Program-made: the position numbers and the translations under genes
Part shown: positions 7,801 through 15,828 of the stretch, piece after piece
How positions within the stretch are numbered: position 1 is the stretch's first letter
Layout: the number at the start of each line of letters is the position of its first letter
The notes under the pieces: model-generated
Told to the model about the DNA's origin: nothing
What the model saw: the letters and a program-made list of their open reading frames with translations, nothing else
Database searches by the model: none
Source of the DNA: an uncultured virus (IMG/VR IMGVR_UViG_3300028327_000658)
Taxonomy: Duplodnaviria > Heunggongvirae > Uroviricota > Caudoviricetes
Virus record (IMG/VR): IMGVR_UViG_3300028327_000658
DNA length: 20,000 nucleotides
Strand: one strand, 5' to 3'

Positions 7801-10800
7801 ATCGTCAGCACGTTATCCATACCCTTTTGAGGAGCACCCTTATTCTTCTTCAAATGTTCCTCACGTGCTACCAAATATCCTAAATATGATTCCAAAATCG
7901 GTGTAGGCTTCACTAACAGCGTCTTATCATTCACTATCGGCAGATCGCCGGAAATCACGTTCCCGTCATTATCAAGCGTTTTTGTCGCTATTATACCGCT
8001 CTCCTCTAACATCTCAGGCGTTACGACAGACCACGTCTCGCGTAACGCCGAAAACAAAGCGCGAGGGTTCAATATCGACGATGCCCGCGAAGTGATTTTA
8101 TAGCCGGAGGCCGTATTATTTTGCTCTATTGACTGTTCCACCTTCACAAATTGACGCAGCCAAGCGTCAAACACACGGACACCCATCTTATCCAAATCGT
8201 CAGGCTGCAACAAATTCATCATTGTATATGTCTCTACGATGCTGTTCGATACCGGCGTACCCGTCGCAAACGTAACCCCGCCTCCGTAACGCCGCGTCAT
8301 ACCGATTTTCATTGCCATATCCAATGCCCGATTGCTGCTCTCCGCACTGCCTAATCCCTTAATCTTACTGTTACCCCCGGACGCGCCGTCATTCTTGTAC
8401 GCATGGGCTTCATCCACAAACAACTGGACGCGGCCCTCGCGACCCGCAAAAAAATCATCAAAACACATCGCGTTCTTAAATCCGGCCCCCTGCGCCTTAT
8501 CCAGCGAATCAACCATCTTGCCCAACTGCGTTTCCAGCCTCTTTATCTGACGTTCGATCTGTTTGACAGACGCATCATCTTTTTTCGTTGCGGACGCATT
8601 AAAGCCGCGCTTATAACTCGCGTTCTCAATCTGATTTATCTTATCACGCAAAATGTTTATCTTGTCACGCATAAAACTTTCTACATAACTCTTGGAACAC
8701 GGTATGCGCTCAAAGACGGAACGCCGGAATATCACCATATCATAGTCGTTATTCACCGCTTGCGCCACAAATTGACGCTGTTGAACCGCGTCTTTGCCCC
8801 ACGAATCCTCATCCGCGATAAGGATATTCGCCTCCGGGTAAGCCAGCTTCACCTGACCGGCAAACTGCGTCATCAGCGGATTGGGAACCACCGCCAATAT
8901 CCGATCCCGCAAACCTAACCGCCGTAACTCCATCGCCGCGCAAATCATCGATAACGACTTCCCGGAACCGACGCTATGCGCCAATAACGTCGAATCGCTC
9001 TGCAAAACCCGATAAACCGCGTCCGCCTGATGCGGACGCAACGGACTGGGGAAGGCGCAACCGTCCATACGAACGCCGCGCTCGCGTAACTTACGCAAAT
9101 CCTCCGCCGCCTGACCGCGCTCTTCCTCCGACGCGCCGGCATTGTCCGCTATCCCGGACAGACGGGCCTCCTCGCGCATATATAAATCACGCTCTGGATG
9201 AATATACTTTCGCGGGACAACGCTGTTAAACACATCGTTATAACGCTTCTCCAAATCCTCACGCCTGTTCGTCATCACCTCAAGCTTCTCCCGCATACCG
9301 TCTTTCGCCCAATCCGGCGTATCTGGGTCATCTATCACGTTCATGCACTCTTGTATCTGCTCTACATCACCCCATACCCAACGCGCCCAAGCCTCGTTTA
9401 AACGCTCCGCCTTAGTCTGCATATCCAAAGACACTTCCTCGTTAAACTTACGTTCCGTATTATCCCCCGTCTTCCTGGTCTCCATATATGTCATCGCGGA
9501 ACCGTTCAAAATATTCTCTACCACCTTCTTCGCTGAAAGCCGCAACGAATCGCCGCTGTTAAACACGCTCGCCCCCACAGCGTCATACTTTGAGGGCATT
9601 CTGCTCGGATACTCCGTTATCTCCCACCTCTCCGTAACATCCGAATGCATAACCCCGACCCGCTCTCGCGGCCATACGTGCTCCGACAGAAACTGCTCCA
9701 CATACTCCGTTTTCACTAACGGCGAATTCATCTGTATACGAATCTCAGATGCAGACAAATACTTCGGCACAGTCTCATTTAAACGAGCGATATTACCCAA
9801 AATATCCTTATACCCGCTACCCTCCGCAACCTCGAAATCACCCGCAAAACGCTCCGCTTCGGCCAGTTTCTTACGCACATTCCCAGACAAATACTCGTCC
9901 GCGACCACATACACGTCGCTCTGTCTGCCCGTACCGTCCGCAACCGCCCGCAACCGCTCTGGATCGCGGAATATATAACCGTCCGAAACCAGCTTATCGG
10001 CCAAATCCTTATCCGTAGAACCGTTACCCAATAACTTCGACATATAAGGCAAGTCTATCTTGCCATGCTTCACTAACGACAGCACTAACGCCTCATACGG
10101 CGTATTAACCTTATCCGCGTACTGCTTCACCTCGAACATCTTGCCGGAAAACACATCCGACTTCTCATATTTCACCTCCACCTCGCCGTCCGGCAGCTCT
10201 ATCTCTTTTGCGACTTCTAAACCCAATACATAATGCAGACTTGGATCGCCGACGAAAAAACGACGGCCGACATCGTTCAATGCCCCAAAACGCTCACGAA
10301 AACCATCATATAAACCGTTTAATCTCTCCAAAAGCACCGTCCGCTTCTCAGTGTCTCCATCACGGTGAGACTTATACATCTCGCGGCACGTATCCCGCAT
10401 CTGTAACATCAAACCTATTCCGGCCTTGATTGCACCTGGCGTATACGTTCTGCTGTCCAACCCTTTCTTCTTATTGCCGCGAATCCTGATTTCAGGCAAC
10501 TCCGCTAATTTTATTATCTCGGCACCTTCGACACGGCGGTGTAACTTGCCGTCTTTATCCAAAATATAACTGCCGATACCCAACGCCCCGTATTTTTCCT
10601 CCAAAACCGCCTGTTTTCTCGCCTCCGCCTCGTCCAGTTCGTCTCTATCGATATCTATTTTCACTATATTTTTCGGCAGCCGCGACACCGCCGCGTCCAA
10701 CAACTGCTCTAACGAACGGCTGTTGTTCACAAAATCGACCGTGTATTCATTATCGCCATACAAACCACGCCCCAACCGCTCTTGACCCAACACCATTTCG

Positions 10801-12302
10801 GGATGATTCACAAAATAACTGCTCATAAATACTGTCCCGCCGTAATTTTGATCGTCCGCATCCCCAACCTCTATATACTTTTCCGCAACAGGTATAAACT
10901 CGTCCCGCGTCATACTCGACATCGGAACGCCATGATCCCGCCTCTGCATAAACACTATATCCGTTACGACTTCCGTATTCGCGATCTGACGAAACGTATT
11001 ATTCGGCAAACGGATCGCCCCGACAAAATCGCAACGCCTAGCCAACTCCTCTCGAACAGATGGATCACGCTTATCCAATGTCCCGTGACTTGTTACAAAC
11101 GCCACCAAACCGCCCGCGCGAATACCCGCCATAGACTTCAAAAAGAAAAAATCATGTATCAAACAATCGCCGTTTTTGACCATATCTGGCAACCCGAGAC
11201 GCGACATATAACCGGATTGATCGCGTAGCTTATAATCTCCGAAAGGAACGTTCGATATCGCCAAATTGTAGGAATTGCGAATAACTGAAGTAGCTTCAAA
11301 TCCACCCTCTTCCACACGCATGCCCGGATACAGCTTCTTCGATATCCGCGCCGTTATGCTGTCCAACTCCACTCCGTCCATCTTTATATCCATATCCTTT
11401 GGCCGCGTGGCGTAAAAAATACCGCTGCCCATCGACGGGTCAAGTACCGGGCCGCCGCCGAAACCCATACGTCCCACAGCTTTCCACACCGCACGAGCGA
11501 CGGTCGGCTCCGTATAATGCGCATTCAGCACAGACCCGCGAGCGCTTATATACTCCTCCTCCGTCAATAAATTACGCAAACGCTCATAACGTGATTGCGC
11601 CGCCGTATCATCGCTCGGTCTGAACACTTCCGGCAAACCGCCCCAACCCACATAACCCATCAATACACGCTGTTCTTCTTGCGTCGCCAGCTTATCCTCG
11701 GCTTCCAACTTCTTCAGCAACGTAATCGCCGCCGCATTCGCCTCATATTTCGACACCGACCGAAATCCATTGCCGAGACTGCCGCCGCCAACCCCGCTGT
11801 TTCCAAGATGATAATCGTGTTTACGCAAATCCTCTGCTACTCGTTCTCCATCCCCGGCTCCGGCTCCACGTATATCCACCTCGGCAGCAACAGCTCCTCG
11901 ATCTCGTTCTGGTACATCGTCCGAGAATCCATCATCGCGTGGAACTCCTCCCAATACTGACCCACCCGGTAATCCAGCACTTCGTCCAGTTTGCCCACTT
12001 TCGTCAATTTCGCGTACTCCAGCGGACGATACCGGCGCAGGTGACACTCCGCTTGATCCCACAGCGGCGGCTTCTTTGCCAGCCTCAACATCTCCTCCGT
12101 AACCACCCGGCCCGTCAGCGGATCGATGTCGCCCACCGCCCAACCCGGCTTCTGCATCAGGTCTTCCACCCAATGATCGATTTCTTCCTTCAAAGTCTCC
12201 GGTTTCATCATAACCTCCCTCTATATTATATACTGGCGACAGATCGTCCGGCGACTCGACATCAAACGTCCCGAACAAATCCAGTTGTTCACATTCAGCC
12301 AT
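4815..12302 (-). CDS. DarB-like N6-adenine DNA methyltransferase / SNF2-family helicase fusion (2495 aa)
   Basis: MTase motifs YVGWGG, NAHYT, VLDPSMGSGIF and ISNVPFG. SF2 motifs LLAHSVGSGKS, FVDEAH, ATGTPVSN, MGEGVNAQ and QRNGRGIRSGN, plus the family motif EYLSGNVRKKL. Purine-rich RBS (AGGAAGGGG) upstream. Confidence 0.93.
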   Translation of the reverse strand: MAECEQLDLFGTFDVESPDDLSPVYNIEGGYDETGDFEGRNRSLGGRPDAEAGLGGGRHRSADGPGGYGGDVEAGKEAAAVGSSGVSPAPVSSAGVREIDESGQTGRSAGLPGGSVLGGVPRDDGFSDDVPERDRGAVAAEVDIRGAGAGDGERVAEDLRKHDYHLGNSGVGGGSLGNGFRSVSKYEANAAAITLLKKLEAEDKLATQEEQRVLMGYVGWGGLPEVFRPSDDTAAQSRYERLRNLLTEEEYISARGSVLNAHYTEPTVARAVWKAVGRMGFGGGPVLDPSMGSGIFYATRPKDMDIKMDGVELDSITARISKKLYPGMRVEEGGFEATSVIRNSYNLAISNVPFGDYKLRDQSGYMSRLGLPDMVKNGDCLIHDFFFLKSMAGIRAGGLVAFVTSHGTLDKRDPSVREELARRCDFVGAIRLPNNTFRQIANTEVVTDIVFMQRRDHGVPMSSMTRDEFIPVAEKYIEVGDADDQNYGGTVFMSSYFVNHPEMVLGQERLGRGLYGDNEYTVDFVNNSRSLEQLLDAAVSRLPKNIVKIDIDRDELDEAEARKQAVLEEKYGALGIGSYILDKDGKLHRRVEGAEIIKLAELPEIRIRGNKKKGLDSRTYTPGAIKAGIGLMLQMRDTCREMYKSHRDGDTEKRTVLLERLNGLYDGFRERFGALNDVGRRFFVGDPSLHYVLGLEVAKEIELPDGEVEVKYEKSDVFSGKMFEVKQYADKVNTPYEALVLSLVKHGKIDLPYMSKLLGNGSTDKDLADKLVSDGYIFRDPERLRAVADGTGRQSDVYVVADEYLSGNVRKKLAEAERFAGDFEVAEGSGYKDILGNIARLNETVPKYLSASEIRIQMNSPLVKTEYVEQFLSEHVWPRERVGVMHSDVTERWEITEYPSRMPSKYDAVGASVFNSGDSLRLSAKKVVENILNGSAMTYMETRKTGDNTERKFNEEVSLDMQTKAERLNEAWARWVWGDVEQIQECMNVIDDPDTPDWAKDGMREKLEVMTNRREDLEKRYNDVFNSVVPRKYIHPERDLYMREEARLSGIADNAGASEEERGQAAEDLRKLRERGVRMDGCAFPSPLRPHQADAVYRVLQSDSTLLAHSVGSGKSLSMICAAMELRRLGLRDRILAVVPNPLMTQFAGQVKLAYPEANILIADEDSWGKDAVQQRQFVAQAVNNDYDMVIFRRSVFERIPCSKSYVESFMRDKINILRDKINQIENASYKRGFNASATKKDDASVKQIERQIKRLETQLGKMVDSLDKAQGAGFKNAMCFDDFFAGREGRVQLFVDEAHAYKNDGASGGNSKIKGLGSAESSNRALDMAMKIGMTRRYGGGVTFATGTPVSNSIVETYTMMNLLQPDDLDKMGVRVFDAWLRQFVKVEQSIEQNNTASGYKITSRASSILNPRALFSALRETWSVVTPEMLEESGIIATKTLDNDGNVISGDLPIVNDKTLLVKPTPILESYLGYLVAREEHLKKNKGAPQKGMDNVLTIIGDGRKMAVDPRLINENLSVGDNTKIGLVAKYLAEEYFKPEAMEKRLTSLVFWDQPCATKEVLTEKSKWDEETGEYTNMKKEVIFDGLAELRSRLAGLGVPPEAICLIRDEKTEDRQTRFDELNRGKIRIMVGNTPVMGEGVNAQKRMNNIIHMDLPWKPAELTQRNGRGIRSGNENNFINIVHAIAQDTVETGLLERLKAKQHFISEIMTMDLNNMGDEISDGEDRYNSLMELSTNNPLLRDSVMLKDDVRKLEIQAKTHRENGVRVMDRMRNLPDDIKKAQTVLDRLTSDVSLRPAEETLSGDNFHIKLLGKEFAIKKDADGKVVAGTESARKEAGTLIKDALKKFSMSRESNSIELGTYGNARISLESVAASGGSYYRSYYFKSVGSNGLGHEVHSDPLALDTDEVGLCRRIHNMVYDRTDTTLNVFKKRVQEYQKELDFCKSFSGGFSKETELQEKRVKLGEVLKLLGGDVGKKFNGAEYEFPWDGLRDMTREEIQAAEQRFYARFEYFKEHGRFEDDLGDSIEKEMNGVEAKDVFVLDNKKVGQILETSAEKRDVDADSIDVDDSDNIEVNVDNPLSDMELAVLVELEGKGTCTVLRYASIDKTVEMLESLADRGYLAFAEETDSAELTLKGRGAVYGRLSDIVYERAVVDDAMVSLVCKDAGLNRHIVKPVICDCEKEFKKYRDFERKFGLAGHEGEVKDIRSEHKGFSFPGYMAEAERIGDLYNEVKGYALELAGKHNTAVAKKFETACDVLDEYVTEECQNHQTVRVWSDRLDYDKGMMRGILYERFVSSQEAVRNAGEAIQAIEGVYNVRLSESCKSAMSKAVESGVPPIRVYDGAANHLERSPRYDWNMNCTGEYAMEYRRMHGGTRVADKDNINLIGRGCGTNEINMDLGDLEVNDYGVKILNSGDGSGKGNPIYGVYRCDGEDKMTGVVKLSVPEAEVKARVEVYALNRELELGMKELTLSYSNEAAKPSQRVSNNNDISFN
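11837..12211 (-). CDS. Overprinted 124-aa protein (TnpV-like) in an alternative frame of the helicase-methylase N-terminus
   Basis: AGGGAGG RBS just before ATGATG and a TATAAT upstream. The sequence is globular-looking: HLRRYRPLEYAKLTKVGKLDEVL...EELLLPRWIYVEPE recalls the TnpV pattern. The host frame here is G/A/D/R-rich low complexity. Confidence 0.62.
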   Translation of the reverse strand: MMKPETLKEEIDHWVEDLMQKPGWAVGDIDPLTGRVVTEEMLRLAKKPPLWDQAECHLRRYRPLEYAKLTKVGKLDEVLDYRVGQYWEEFHAMMDSRTMYQNEIEELLLPRWIYVEPEPGMENE

Positions 12303-12358
12303 AGTTACCCCTTCCTACAAGCGTAATTCATCTAATTTTAACTGCGGATAACCGTAGC

Positions 12359-12391
12359 CGTTGCAAAAACGTTGCAAAAACGTTGCAAAAA
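12359..12391. repeat. Three perfect tandem 11-bp repeats (CGTTGCAAAAA), probable operator
   Basis: Copies at 12359, 12370 and 12381, overlapping the predicted start site of the leftward promoter. Confidence 0.85.
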
Positions 12392-12393
12392 TA

Positions 12394-12422
12394 AATATAC
12401 CATAAATTATACGAAAATGCAA
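12394..12422 (-). promoter_or_regulatory. Leftward sigma70-type promoter for the helicase-methylase / polyvalent operon
   Basis: Minus strand TTGCAT (12422-12417), 17 bp, TATATT (12399-12394) with an extended -10 TG. Confidence 0.75.
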
Positions 12423-12664
12423 ATCTTTTTTGTTTTTTCGGGAACGGGGGCATTCCTGTCCCCGTAACGCCCATAGGGTAGGCATCGCCTGCGGCGATGC
12501 AATCGGGCATTTGATTAATACTCCGAAGCTCAAAACATGAGCGTCAACATAAACACGTTGACGCAAAAAGCCGGGCATCAAAAGAAAACCGTCTGGTTTT
12601 GGCGGCGGGGTTGCGGGGGCGAGTAAAATTATATTATATTGTATATCGGGGAGGGCAGGAACCA

Positions 12665-12925
12665 AAGCAAACAAAATAAATTAAAAAATTGTTGCTTTTT
12701 TAACAAAAATATATTATATTATATATAGTAGGGTTAAGCGCAGAAAAAGCAAATAAAAGCAAAAATAAATAAAAAATTGTTGCTTGTTTAATAAAAATAT
12801 ATTATATTATATGTAGTAGGGTTAAGCGCAGAAAAAGCAAATAAAAGCAAAAATAAATAAAAAAATATTTGCTTTTTTAACAAAAATATATTATATTATA
12901 TATAGAGGGGCAAAGCGAAGAAAAG
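12665..12925 (+). repeat. Three tandem 88-89 bp direct repeats, each containing a rightward sigma70-type promoter
   Basis: TTGCTT-N17-TATATT at 12692/12715, 12780/12803 and 12869/12892. Each has upstream A-tracts and a downstream TAG(T)AGGG...AAGCG segment. Confidence 0.9.
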
Positions 12926-12980
12926 ACGGTAAAAACAATAAAAACACAAAACCGCAGTTTGCGGGGAAAGAAGGGGAGTT

Positions 12981-14006
12981 ATGAGTCACAACCTTGAAAC
13001 CATGTTCGCCGTCGGTGACAGAAGGAATCTCTGGCACGGTCTGGGCAAATGCGTCAGCGAGGCGTTGACCAGCGGCGAGGCTTTGATCGCGGCGGGGCTT
13101 GACTGGAAAGTTGAAGCCCGCGATGTCTTCCTGCAGGGGTCGGCGGAACCCGTGTCCGGCTACAAGGCTAATATCAGGGTCGGCGCGCGAAAAATCGATC
13201 TCGAAACCGGCGAGGCCGAGATCGACAGCGACGGGCTGCCCGTGTACAGAGACGAAAACGCGTTGGCCATCATGAGCGACAAATACCAAATCGTTCAAAA
13301 CACTGAGGCCTTTGCTTTTGTGGACGAGCTCATCGGGGCCGCCGATGCCCATTACGACACTGCCGGCAGCTTGCGCGACGGAAAGGTCGTATGGCTGTTA
13401 GCCAAAATGCCCGCCGTCGATGTCATGGGCGACGAAGTCGATCCGTATATTTGTTTTTCAAATTCGCACGACGGGTCGAGCGGCGTAAGGGTGTGCATGA
13501 CGCCCGTTCGCGTTGTATGCAACAACACGCTTAACCTTGCCATGTCGGGCGCGAACCGTTCTTGGACGGGTAAGCATACCGGCAACATCTCCGACAAACT
13601 CGAGGAGGCCAGAATAACCCTGCGGCTCGCCGACAGGTACATGGAAAGGTTCGCCGAACGCGCGGAATTCTACAGCAAACAGAAAATCGACGACAGGCAA
13701 TACCAGGAGATCATCGAGCAGATTTTCCCGATGCCCGACGGTGACCCGGAGGCGAAGGAAAACCGCCGCCGAGCCAACAACACGCGATTTTTCTGGTCAG
13801 CTTGCTTGTTTTGCTACAATCAACCGGACATCGCCAGGTTCCGGGGCACAAAATGGGGTGTGCTCAACGCGATCAGCGACACCGTCTACCACGGCGAGCC
13901 GCTCCGCAAAACCGACAACTACCGCGAAAACCTGTGGGGCAAAAGCATGGGCGGCAACCCCATACTCGATAAGGCGGTGGCCGTGTTGGATAAGGCGGCC
14001 GTATAA
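12981..14006 (+). CDS. DUF932 / TIGR03299-type phage-plasmid protein (341 aa)
   Basis: WHGLG, AGLDWKV, YQIVQNTEAF, TAGSLRDGKVVW, NSHDGS, TPVRVVCNNTL, HTGN and GTKWGVLNA motifs; RBS AAGGGGAG. Confidence 0.92.
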   Translation: MSHNLETMFAVGDRRNLWHGLGKCVSEALTSGEALIAAGLDWKVEARDVFLQGSAEPVSGYKANIRVGARKIDLETGEAEIDSDGLPVYRDENALAIMSDKYQIVQNTEAFAFVDELIGAADAHYDTAGSLRDGKVVWLLAKMPAVDVMGDEVDPYICFSNSHDGSSGVRVCMTPVRVVCNNTLNLAMSGANRSWTGKHTGNISDKLEEARITLRLADRYMERFAERAEFYSKQKIDDRQYQEIIEQIFPMPDGDPEAKENRRRANNTRFFWSACLFCYNQPDIARFRGTKWGVLNAISDTVYHGEPLRKTDNYRENLWGKSMGGNPILDKAVAVLDKAAV

Positions 14007-14027
14007 CCGTCCTAACCGCGTCTCTTT

Positions 14028-14051
14028 CGGGCGGGGTGTTTGCCCCGCCCG
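14028..14051. terminator. GC-rich hairpin after the DUF932 gene
   Basis: CGGGCGGGGT-gttt-GCCCCGCCCG with no U-tract, so terminator function is uncertain. Confidence 0.45.
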
Positions 14052-14082
14052 GCAACTTAAAACCAATAAAAAGGAGCAAAAA

Positions 14083-14253
14083 GTGACAAAAAAAGAAAAA
14101 AAAGCCATCAAAACGATGCAAAAGGACTGGTTGAAGTCGTTTAATGCGTGGGTAGCCGGCGGCCAAAAAGATGAGGCGTTGGCCGTTAAAATGGATGTAT
14201 TGTGGGTAACGCTACAGGCGGCGTACAAGATTTCGCAAACTAAAACGGCGTGA
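14083..14253 (+). CDS. Small basic hypothetical protein (56 aa)
   Basis: GTG start after AAGGAG (14071-14076). This is the 3' part of track ORF 13741-14253. Confidence 0.7.
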   Translation: MTKKEKKAIKTMQKDWLKSFNAWVAGGQKDEALAVKMDVLWVTLQAAYKISQTKTA

Positions 14254-14311
14254 TATATCCGGGCGGAGAAATCCGCCCATCCATACTCTAAAACAGATAA
14301 AGAGGCATATA

Positions 14312-14530
14312 ATGGACGAAAAAACTAACTTCTGTACGCCGATGCTGGTGTTTTTTTGCGGGTGTGAGGGCGGTGACGATTGTATCCGCTTTGTGCCCGT
14401 CGAAAAAGGCGAGGGTGTATGTAAATATTTTTACGTGGGTGCCGATGCCCGAAGGTATTGCGGCTCAGAAAAGGCCGGAAGCGACGCGCTACCGGGCGAG
14501 ACCGTGGACGTGGAAGTCTACGTACCATAA
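14312..14530 (+). CDS. Small Cys-rich hypothetical protein (72 aa)
   Basis: AGAGG RBS, flanked by hairpins, 6 Cys. Confidence 0.6.
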   Translation: MDEKTNFCTPMLVFFCGCEGGDDCIRFVPVEKGEGVCKYFYVGADARRYCGSEKAGSDALPGETVDVEVYVP

Positions 14531-14576
14531 AACAACGATAGGGCAGGGGAATACCTGCCGGAAAGGGGTTTTTGGA

Positions 14577-14909
14577 ATGAAAACGGTCAGAGAACAGATT
14601 TTAAGGGCGGTTTACCAGGGCATAATCGACGGCGGTTATGCTATAACCGTCAACTACGGCGACGTTGATTATGATGATTACGCCGTAAAAGAATCAAAAA
14701 ACGTTGACGAAATTATGGCCGCGCTGTATAACGGCAACGGCGACCCCAACGTAGACGAAGAAGACATCGAGGTAACCAAAGACGGCAAACACGCAGGTTT
14801 TGTGAGGCTTAACTACTGTAACGAGGACGACGAAATGATCCACGATCACAGCGCAAGCCTCGAACCGTGCCTTCAAAAGGCGGAAACGCTCATAGGGCTG
14901 TACGCTTAG
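14577..14909 (+). CDS. Acidic hypothetical phage early-type protein (110 aa)
   Basis: ATG at 14577 after AAAGGGG (MKTVREQIL...). D/E-rich and followed by a hairpin. Confidence 0.78.
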   Translation: MKTVREQILRAVYQGIIDGGYAITVNYGDVDYDDYAVKESKNVDEIMAALYNGNGDPNVDEEDIEVTKDGKHAGFVRLNYCNEDDEMIHDHSASLEPCLQKAETLIGLYA

Positions 14910-15087
14910 GCGGGGGAAACCCCGCCAAATATAATAAATTAATCTATTTTAGGCGTACAAAATTTTATAGAAAATAATCTTAATTTATCTAATTTGCGTC
15001 AAAAATTATCTTGTTTAAAAATATCTCAAAAAAACAGAAAAAAAAGCAAAAAATCTATAAAAAACGGCGAAAAAAGCAAAAAAACCG

Positions 15088-15116
15088 TTGACATTTTCAC
15101 AGTAATATATTATATT
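15088..15116 (+). promoter_or_regulatory. Sigma70-type promoter
   Basis: TTGACA (15088-15093), 17 bp, TATATT (15111-15116). It shares the AATATATTATATTAT...TAGGGT context with the triple promoters and has phased A-tracts upstream. Confidence 0.85.
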
Positions 15117-15175
15117 ATCAATATAGGGTAACAAAATTACCCAAAACTCATCACAAACGGAAAGGATTTTTGCCA

Positions 15176-15538
15176 ATGGCCACGTATAATTTCGCCGCAA
15201 AGCTCAATGCGGCATCCAAAAAATGGCTCTCCGTCTCAACGGAATGCCACGAAAAAAACTGGGATTACAACGCTTTCCGGCCCGACGCTTTCGACCAAAT
15301 CGAAAACCTATACAATGACCTGATGGACTTTGAGCTCGAAGGAGCCGATTTGGACGCGATCCGCGATCAGGTTGAGGCCGAAGAACCCTTTGTCGGCCAA
15401 ACCCCCGATTACGCCGTGCCGAAGAGCGAGGCCAATTTCATAGCGTTCTTCAACCGCACATCGAAGCTCATCAACCGCTTCAAGGAGGCTCTCGATACGG
15501 TGGATTTTGCAAGCTATATCACCAATAACGGTAACTGA
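15176..15538 (+). CDS. Acidic hypothetical protein (120 aa)
   Basis: ATG after GAAAGGA; first gene behind its own promoter. Confidence 0.8.
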   Translation: MATYNFAAKLNAASKKWLSVSTECHEKNWDYNAFRPDAFDQIENLYNDLMDFELEGADLDAIRDQVEAEEPFVGQTPDYAVPKSEANFIAFFNRTSKLINRFKEALDTVDFASYITNNGN

Positions 15539-15552
15539 ATGGAGGCCGTAAC

Positions 15553-15828
15553 ATGGTCGCATTGTTGAGGAAAGTGCTGGAAGAGTTAGGGGAGCTGTTA
15601 GATGATTATGGGTATTTTGTTAATCGGTATCGGTATACGGTCGCTTTTATCGCCATGTGTATATCAATTTGTCTTATTGCCGCATTAGTGCATAGGGCAG
15701 GGTGGTGGGACGGCGGGTTGCTGGTGGCGGTTTTTGTGCTCTTCTCGATGCCGGGCGTTACGTTTCTGATAGGCGTATTGGAATACTATGAACGATTAGC
15801 CGATGATAGAAAGGAAAAGAGACGTTGA
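15553..15828 (+). CDS. Small membrane protein with two hydrophobic helices (91 aa)
   Basis: GGAGG RBS; hydrophobic stretches VAFIAMCISICLIAALV and LLVAVFVLFSMPGVTFLIGVL. Confidence 0.75.
   Translation: MVALLRKVLEELGELLDDYGYFVNRYRYTVAFIAMCISICLIAALVHRAGWWDGGLLVAVFVLFSMPGVTFLIGVLEYYERLADDRKEKRR

Noticed and set aside
5370..12304. Plus-strand ORFs opposite the helicase-methylase, and minus ORF 8945-9142
   Set aside because: Antisense or out-of-frame shadows of a well-supported gene, with no motifs recognised.
12315..12674. Track ORFs 12315-12674 and 12328-12510
   Set aside because: They run across promoters, repeats and hairpins and have no RBS or protein-like motifs.
12665..12925. Possible CRISPR array
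   Set aside because: The units are contiguous near-identical 88-89 bp repeats with no unique spacers, each holds a promoter, and there are no cas genes.
15553..15828. Holin call for the two-helix membrane protein
   Set aside because: There is no endolysin or lysis context, and it sits in an early-type operon.
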